Shown here: positions 8,544 to 14,273 of the stretch, one piece after another
Layout: each line of letters opens with the position of its first letter
Numbering within the stretch: the first letter of the stretch is position 1
Source: a bacterium
GTDB lineage: Bacteria > Fidelibacterota > Marinisomatia > Marinisomatales > UBA1611
Assembly: GCA_038127595.1 (NCBI GenBank)
Contig: JAYPIC010000042.1
Span: 1-14,273 of the forward strand
Direction of reading: 5' to 3'
Length of the DNA stretch: 14,273 nt
Translations under genes and position numbers: made by a program
Notes under the pieces: model-generated
The model's input: the letters and a program-made list of their open reading frames with translations, nothing else
What the model was told of the DNA's origin: nothing
Database searches by the model: none

Positions 8544-8555
8544 ATCAAAAATAAA

Positions 8556-8996
8556 TTAACTCCTCACAAGCAAAGTATTATTCATTACGCAAACTTCGAC
8601 TTCATCTTGATTATAAAATTTTGATTCATACACAAAAAACATCAAACTGCTTTCGTTTTTTTTATAAGCATTTTTAAAAATTGTTTCCATAGAAATTTTA
8701 TCTTGAACAAATACTAAATCTGAATAATTAAATTCCTGACCGGCATGTAGAATTTTCTCTAATCCTATTCCAAGATCTTCCAAACATTCATTTAGAATAT
8801 TCATTTTCATTCCAATTGATATTAAATAAGTCGGAGGGCAAACTATATTTTTAAAACCTTCATTTTGAGCGACAATTTTATTGGAAAATATCTCATCCTC
8901 TTGCTTTGTAGCTTTTGAAAAAGAAACTACATCTTCCTCTTTTATTTCCATAGAGATGGTTTTATAAGACTTGCCAATTAATTTTCCAGCGTTCAT
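8556..8996 (-). CDS. MaoC dehydratase N-terminal-domain protein (HadA/HadC-like, probably non-catalytic partner)
   Basis: Segments F..AT.....IF....A...GF..IVCPPTY and ILHAGQEFNY...V...D are typical of the MaoC_dehydrat_N family. It lacks the D-x4-H motif and lies 12 bp upstream of the catalytic MaoC gene. Confidence 0.8.
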   Translation of the reverse strand: MNAGKLIGKSYKTISMEIKEEDVVSFSKATKQEDEIFSNKIVAQNEGFKNIVCPPTYLISIGMKMNILNECLEDLGIGLEKILHAGQEFNYSDLVFVQDKISMETIFKNAYKKNESSLMFFVYESKFYNQDEVEVCVMNNTLLVRS

Positions 8997-9002
8997 AAAA
9001 TC

Positions 9003-9036
9003 ATTTAAAGCTAAGTATTAAAATATTTAAAGCTAA
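9003..9036. repeat. 12-bp perfect direct repeat ATTTAAAGCTAA (9003-9014, 9025-9036), 22-bp period
   Basis: Read directly from the sequence, in the gap between the dehydrogenase and the MaoC-N gene; function unknown. Confidence 0.5.
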
Positions 9037-10316
9037 TCATTTTGTAAAAATTGCTTAATATCACTAACATTCTTCAAAGTAGGAGGCAGGTCAAAATATT
9101 TCCCATATGAGGTAGAAAGAAATTGAGACCTTTTAACAAAATTTTTAATCCCATATTTATTTATAAATTCAAATATACCCGGCGAGGGGAAACCCCATCC
9201 ATATATACTTCCAATATTTGCTTCAGAAATTGAATTTAATACACCTTCTTCATAACAATGTAAAGCCTCTATTATTTGAGAGAATAATAATCTATCAATT
9301 ATCTCTCGCTCATTTAATTTAGGCTTCACAGTTTTAAAATTTTTATCAAGGCCTTCCCAGAGGTACTTTTTAGAATTTTTTGGGTAATTATAAAACCCTT
9401 TTTTATTAGGTCTGCCAAATCGCCCAAATTCATTTATCATTTTATCAAGGATATTATCCCAAGCTCCATCAATAGAATCCATCATCCGCTTGTTTAAAGA
9501 TTTTTTAATTTCACTTCTAATTTTATAAGCAACCTTTAAACCTATTTCATCGAGTACTGTTAACGGTCCAACAGGAAAACCAGCTTTCTTAGCGATTGAC
9601 TCAATAGGTTTTGATGGGTAGCCATCATAAAGCAAAGCCATACCCTCCATAACATACCTCATAAATACTCTAGTAGTATAAAACCCTGGACCATCGTTCA
9701 CTAAAATAGGAATTTTTTTAATTTGAGTAATGAAATCAAATATTTTTGAAATAGTTCGCAAACTTGTTTCTTTTGTTTTAATTACTTCAACTAATTTCAT
9801 TTTATGTACAGGAGAGAAAAAATGTATGCCAATGAAATTTTTCGGATGATTTGAATATTTGGCTAATTTAGAAATTGGAATACTTGATGTGTTAGATGAT
9901 AAAATAATATCATCTTTTATCTTTTTTTTCAAATTTTTAAAGATATCAGATTTTAATTTTTCATCCTCAAATACAGCTTCAATGATTAAGTCACAATCTT
10001 TTAATAGAGAATAATCTTTTGTTACATAAATTAGCTTTAAAATTTGTTCTCTTTCGTTTGATGAGATTTCATTGCGATTTATTTTATTTTTTAAAATTTC
10101 ATTTATTTTATGTAGACCTAGTGACGCTAATTCTTTTGTTTTATCTAACAAAATAACTTCTATCCCATTTAAAGATGATACTAAAGAAATACCATGTCCC
10201 ATTAATCCAGCACCTATCACACCTATTTTTTTAATTTGCGTTTTAGGGTAACCCATGGGTCTAGCAAAGCCAGATTTAATTTTTTTTATTTGAGCTTGAG
10301 CAATACTAGTTAACAT
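9033..10316 (-). CDS. 3-hydroxyacyl-CoA dehydrogenase, corresponding to the C-terminal part of a FadJ/FadB-type multifunctional enzyme (no enoyl-CoA hydratase domain)
   Basis: GVIGAGLMGHGI NAD-binding motif, DLIIEAVFED, SSNTSSIPI, catalytic IHFFSPVHKMKLVE and VNDGPGFYTTR. Two C-terminal helical repeats (GFPVGPL..LDEIG; EANIGSIYGWGFP). Confidence 0.88.
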   Translation of the reverse strand: MLTSIAQAQIKKIKSGFARPMGYPKTQIKKIGVIGAGLMGHGISLVSSLNGIEVILLDKTKELASLGLHKINEILKNKINRNEISSNEREQILKLIYVTKDYSLLKDCDLIIEAVFEDEKLKSDIFKNLKKKIKDDIILSSNTSSIPISKLAKYSNHPKNFIGIHFFSPVHKMKLVEVIKTKETSLRTISKIFDFITQIKKIPILVNDGPGFYTTRVFMRYVMEGMALLYDGYPSKPIESIAKKAGFPVGPLTVLDEIGLKVAYKIRSEIKKSLNKRMMDSIDGAWDNILDKMINEFGRFGRPNKKGFYNYPKNSKKYLWEGLDKNFKTVKPKLNEREIIDRLLFSQIIEALHCYEEGVLNSISEANIGSIYGWGFPSPGIFEFINKYGIKNFVKRSQFLSTSYGKYFDLPPTLKNVSDIKQFLQND

Positions 10317-10338
10317 TGATCATTCCATAAAAAAGTAA

Positions 10339-11331
10339 TCATCTATGACTAAGAATTACTCTACCAACTTGCAAACCATTTAATATTTTTTCTATTTCAG
10401 CAATTATTTCATCAATTGAAACTGATTTGTAAAGGTTATCAATGTCATCTATATACCATTCTGAGGCAAACTTATTCCAAATCTCTGATTTTATTGAAAT
10501 AGGGGTCTCTGCGGAATCAATTCCTACTAAGTGATTTGCCCTTAATATAAATGGATATACAGTCGCATTAAAGGAAGGTCCAGCTACATTACCGCAGCAA
10601 GTTATAACACCTCCATATTTCATACTAGGTATGAGATTAGAAAGAACTTCTCCTCCAACTGTATCAATGGCAATATCCCAAATTCCTTTTCCCATTGGCT
10701 TACGGACCGAAATTATAAAATCTTTTTTGGATATAATTTCATCAGCTCCAATCATTTTTAAAAAGCCTTCCTCATTTAACTTAGTAGTTATTGCTGTAAC
10801 CTTAGCACCTAATAATTTTAATAACTTAATAGCAAACGAGCCTACGCCTCCCGTAGCGCCAGTAACGACAGCATTTCTACCATAAATACCATTAAGTTTT
10901 TTTAGTTTTTTAACACAAAGTCCAGCTGTTAGGCCTGCAGTACCTATAGCCATAGATTCTTTAGCTGTTAAATTTTTTGGAAGATGACATGCCCACGAGC
11001 TTGGAACTCTTATATATTCACCGAAGCCTCCTGAAGTGTTCATCCCTAAATCATAACCAGAGACTATTACCTCCTGACCTATTTTAAAATTTTCATTTTT
11101 TGAAAATTCAATAATCCCTACTGCATCGATACCAGGTGTATGCGGATATTTTTTTGTTACCCCAAAATTACCGCTACTTGAAAGTGCATCTTTATAGTTC
11201 AGGGAACTATAACTAACCTTTATAAGTAATTCACCATCAGGTAGATCATTAATAAATTTATCTTTTACAGAGATAGAAAATATTTTATCAATGCTTTGTT
11301 CAATAGTGATTGCTTTAAATGTAGTTTTCAT
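10339..11331 (-). CDS. acuI: YhdH/YhfP (AcuI-like) zinc-independent medium-chain reductase, putative NADPH acrylyl-/enoyl-CoA reductase
   Basis: YSSLNYKDAL, YPHTPGID, GYDLGMNTSGGFGEYIRVP, MAIGTAGLTAG, VTGATGGVGS, DTVGG and TVYPFILR..L.GIDS. Confidence 0.85.
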   Translation of the reverse strand: MKTTFKAITIEQSIDKIFSISVKDKFINDLPDGELLIKVSYSSLNYKDALSSSGNFGVTKKYPHTPGIDAVGIIEFSKNENFKIGQEVIVSGYDLGMNTSGGFGEYIRVPSSWACHLPKNLTAKESMAIGTAGLTAGLCVKKLKKLNGIYGRNAVVTGATGGVGSFAIKLLKLLGAKVTAITTKLNEEGFLKMIGADEIISKKDFIISVRKPMGKGIWDIAIDTVGGEVLSNLIPSMKYGGVITCCGNVAGPSFNATVYPFILRANHLVGIDSAETPISIKSEIWNKFASEWYIDDIDNLYKSVSIDEIIAEIEKILNGLQVGRVILSHR

Positions 11332-11357
11332 CTTCAGTTCATTATGTTTGTGGAATA

Positions 11358-12590
11358 TTATTTAAATAATCGTTTAATAGAATCTTCTTTCCCTCTGATT
11401 TTTAATTTAATTGCTTTGTCACCATAATCGGTATCTAATATTTCGGCTTGATTTTGTATCTGAGATAAAATTTTACCTTGCTCATATGAAATATTTAAAT
11501 CGAAAACATTAAAGTCACTTTCTATCTTCTCAATTAAGTGATTTTTCACATCATCTAACCTTAAATGATGCAATGCTGAAGTTAAAATTGCATTCCTGTA
11601 GTTAGACTTTAATTTTTTTATATCGTTTTCATTTTCAACAAGATCAATTTTATTAAATATGTAGCTTTTTGGTATCTCGTTAGCCCCAAGTTCATTAAGT
11701 ACTTGAGAAATTGTTTCGAGGTGTTCGTCAATAATTTTTGAGGTTGCATCTAATACAATGAGAATGTGATTAGCTTCTAACAACTCTTTTAGAGTACTTT
11801 TAAATGATGCAACAAGATTGTGAGGTAGTTTCCTTATAAAACCAACAGTATCACTTATAAGAACCTGATGTTTTTTGTTTAATATAAGTTTTCGAACAGT
11901 AGTGTCTAGTGTCGCAAAAAGCTGATTTTTTACATAAACATTATTCCCAGTTAACGAATTAAATAATGTTGATTTACCAGCATTAGTATAACCTACTAGA
12001 GCTACTCTGAATTCATTTACTCTGTTTTGACTTTGTGTTTTTCTTTCAGATTCAATTTTAGTTAAATCTAATTTTAATTTAGAAATTTTATCCCTTATTA
12101 ATCTTCTATCAACTTCAATTTGCGTTTCTCCCATCCCAGCTCGAGTACCAACACCACCCATTTGCCTTTCAAGATGAGTCCATTGTCTTGTTAATCTTGG
12201 TAATAAATACTGACATAATGCTAGTTCTACTTGTGTCTTCGCTTCTCTGGTTTTAGCATGCTTTTTAAATATATCTAAAATTAGAGAGCTTCTGTCTATG
12301 ACTTTGATTTTTTTAGCAAGTTTATGATAATTTTTTACTTGAGCAGGACTTAGTTCATCATCAAATATTATAACATTCGCACCTAATAATTTTGCTTGAT
12401 CAATAACTTGCTGTGCTTTTCCTTTACCAATATAAAAAGCAGGGTTTATTTTTTGAACTCTTTGTGTGATTTCACCTAAAGTTTCAACATTAGCAGTTTG
12501 CGCTAACATTTTTAATTCATCTAAATGGTTTCTTACGTCACCATCAAAGACTTTAGGTAATATTATTCCAATTAATAGAGCTTTATCCAA
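11358..12590 (-). CDS. hflX: Ribosome-splitting GTPase HflX
   Basis: G1 GYTNAGKST, G2 LFATLD, G3 DTVGF, G4 NKID and G5 SAL. N-terminal IGKGK, FDDELSPAQ, LILDIF..HAKTREAKTQVELA and GETQIEVDRR. Confidence 0.97.
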   Translation of the reverse strand: MDKALLIGIILPKVFDGDVRNHLDELKMLAQTANVETLGEITQRVQKINPAFYIGKGKAQQVIDQAKLLGANVIIFDDELSPAQVKNYHKLAKKIKVIDRSSLILDIFKKHAKTREAKTQVELALCQYLLPRLTRQWTHLERQMGGVGTRAGMGETQIEVDRRLIRDKISKLKLDLTKIESERKTQSQNRVNEFRVALVGYTNAGKSTLFNSLTGNNVYVKNQLFATLDTTVRKLILNKKHQVLISDTVGFIRKLPHNLVASFKSTLKELLEANHILIVLDATSKIIDEHLETISQVLNELGANEIPKSYIFNKIDLVENENDIKKLKSNYRNAILTSALHHLRLDDVKNHLIEKIESDFNVFDLNISYEQGKILSQIQNQAEILDTDYGDKAIKLKIRGKEDSIKRLFK

Positions 12591-12599
12591 ATCTATAAA

Positions 12600-14273
12600 T
12601 CATTTTCTATTATTTTTGAAAGTAGGTCTTCCAACCCAAGTTTCTATCCAAAATAAGATTATTGCAAATATCAAAAATATTTTCCATAATGTTTTACCAT
12701 GTCTTATTTCTTTAAATACATTAATGAGATCATGACTAGCTGTGATAAATTTATATTCTAACCCATTTAATAATATTTCAATCTCAGCAGCAGAAATTTG
12801 TTTTGAGACTATTTCATTTGGATGTAATTCTGTCGCAAAAGAGGTGAATAGTTCTTTATTTTTATAAACATTATAAATACCTAACTCATCAGTGTTCGTA
12901 ATTTTTAAACCTTCCATGGTAAAATCAGGTACTATTAAATTACTAACTCCTGAGGGAGATTGAACCTCCCATTCATTTCTTACTTCATTTCCATTTAATA
13001 TAATCCATTTAATGTCACCAACTAATATTGGCAAAGAATTAATCTCATCCGTGCCCCCAAGAATAAGCAGTTTATGCATTAAAGGAATCAACAAACCTCT
13101 AAGAGTAAGATCATTCCAATTTAAGTTCAATAGAGATGTGAAATAAAAAATTTTGCCGCTTCCTCTATCAAAATCAATAAGAAAAGGGTCTCCATTATTT
13201 AATTCTAAATGAACTTTTTGATTCGCCTTAGGAATGTGTTTTACATAGCTAAAAACTTCAGGTAGATCATTTGATAATTTTCTCACATTTAAATCTGAAA
13301 GAATATGATCCCCCTTTGTTGGCATGATAACATTAAAATGTCCACTATTTATTTCTATTTTTCTAGTAGCTGTAGGAAATCTTAGATTGGAAAAATATTT
13401 CTGATAGACAGGATCAGGTTCTATGCCTCCAGAAAACCATATTAAACCACCCCCATTTTTTAAAAAAACATCTAACTCATTGAATGCTGCTTCAGTTATC
13501 GCTTCAGGGTTATGTACAACTAAAATATCTGTATCATCAACAAAAAGTCTATTTAAAATGGGTTGTTTTCGCAGTTCAAGGTTGATCAACTGCTTGTTAG
13601 GATCAATCGCATTTATTATTAGATCAAATATGTTATAATCTTGTTCTGAATTACCAATAATTAAACAATTAATCTTATTTAAAATAGGAGTGCTTAGGTA
13701 CCAAATATTATCATTTAAATAATCATCTTTAGGAAGCCTAACACTTCCTTGTAACATACCCTTTTTGTTAGGATAAGCCTGAAAGATAAAATCTTTATTT
13801 GCTCCTCCTTCAAAATCTGAGATAACTTGCCCCACTCTTCCATTATCAAATAACAGGTTTATTGGAATGTTGTTAGTTTCTGTTTGGTTAGAATTATTTA
13901 CGGTTGTTTTAATTTTTAAAAGTTGGTCTGGTACTTTTATCCTACTAAGTACATCCAACCGATTTATTGAAAGATTATTTATTACTTCGCCAACATCAAT
14001 TAAATAATATTTCCAATTCTTAGATAACGAATCCACAAAATCACTTTTTGTTTGAAAATCGCTAATTAGAATACACTCACGTATTGGCTCAATTACATCT
14101 AGAGTAGTTGTAAGTGAATCTAAATTAAACCAAATGTTATCATAATTTTGAGTAGGTTTAATTTGATCAATTACCATTTTTTTATTTTCATCAGAAGTTT
14201 TACCTGAAAAAAGAATTTTAGGAGGGCATGTTTGAGCTATACTTACAGTTGTGTTTTGTTCATAAATTTCTAA
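12600..14273 (-). CDS. Partial (5' end outside window) BatA/vWA-domain-type membrane-anchored protein: end of vWA domain, Ig/CARDB-like domain, GATase1-like domain, C-terminal TM helix
   Basis: Frame stays open from 14177 to the window edge (LEIYEQNTTVSIAQTCPPKILFSGKTSDENKK-MVID). ILISDFQ vWA end, DDYLNDNIWY, L..FLKNGGGLIWF, G.GKIFYF......WNDL....L.IPLMH, and hydrophobic LWKIFLIFAIILFWIETW at the C-terminus. Confidence 0.75.
   Translation of the reverse strand, partial: LEIYEQNTTVSIAQTCPPKILFSGKTSDENKKMVIDQIKPTQNYDNIWFNLDSLTTTLDVIEPIRECILISDFQTKSDFVDSLSKNWKYYLIDVGEVINNLSINRLDVLSRIKVPDQLLKIKTTVNNSNQTETNNIPINLLFDNGRVGQVISDFEGGANKDFIFQAYPNKKGMLQGSVRLPKDDYLNDNIWYLSTPILNKINCLIIGNSEQDYNIFDLIINAIDPNKQLINLELRKQPILNRLFVDDTDILVVHNPEAITEAAFNELDVFLKNGGGLIWFSGGIEPDPVYQKYFSNLRFPTATRKIEINSGHFNVIMPTKGDHILSDLNVRKLSNDLPEVFSYVKHIPKANQKVHLELNNGDPFLIDFDRGSGKIFYFTSLLNLNWNDLTLRGLLIPLMHKLLILGGTDEINSLPILVGDIKWIILNGNEVRNEWEVQSPSGVSNLIVPDFTMEGLKITNTDELGIYNVYKNKELFTSFATELHPNEIVSKQISAAEIEILLNGLEYKFITASHDLINVFKEIRHGKTLWKIFLIFAIILFWIETWVGRPTFKNNRK

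Noticed and set aside
12588..12603. hflX is in frame with the upstream gene across a single TGA (possible readthrough fusion); an overlapping ATG at 12603 is out of frame by one base
   Set aside because: Same-frame adjacency has a one-in-three chance, the upstream protein ends naturally after its TM helix, and HflX is complete from the TTG at 12590.
1176..13638. Short opposite-strand ORFs in the track (1176-1373, 1793-2143, 2282-2500, 3744-4007, 4335-4586, 4819-5013, 10631-10885, 12466-12735, 13423-13638)
   Set aside because: All lie antisense to well-supported genes, have no recognisable motifs and look like shadow ORFs.
1..14273. CRISPR array, tRNA/rRNA, riboswitch, transposase or integrase
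   Set aside because: The window is almost fully coding with gaps of at most 56 bp, and no periodic repeats, structured RNA or recombinase motifs were seen.

Overview
AT-rich (roughly 30% GC by eye), tightly packed bacterial DNA that looks like a streamlined marine heterotroph; Marinimicrobia-like is an inference only. Two convergent blocks meet at 2634-2652. The + strand carries a eukaryote-type alkyl-dihydroxyacetone-phosphate synthase (AGPS) homolog followed by a DHRS7B/11beta-HSD1-like short-chain reductase. The AGPS reading frame has no ATG/GTG/TTG start upstream of its conserved N-terminal motif and appears to continue, through a -1 frame change in an A-rich tract, from an ORF entering at the left edge. 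The - strand carries ten co-oriented genes with 7-56 bp gaps: a partial BatA/vWA-type membrane protein, hflX, an AcuI/YhdH enoyl-CoA reductase, a FadJ/FadB-type 3-hydroxyacyl-CoA dehydrogenase lacking its hydratase domain, a HadA/HadB-like MaoC pair, and a reduced acyclic terpene utilisation cluster (atuA, atuC, atuE, atuD) with no atuF, atuB or regulator in the window. The best novel-system candidate is the AGPS + reductase ether-lipid module and its position next to isoprenoid-chain catabolism genes. No rRNA, tRNA, CRISPR array or mobile element was seen.
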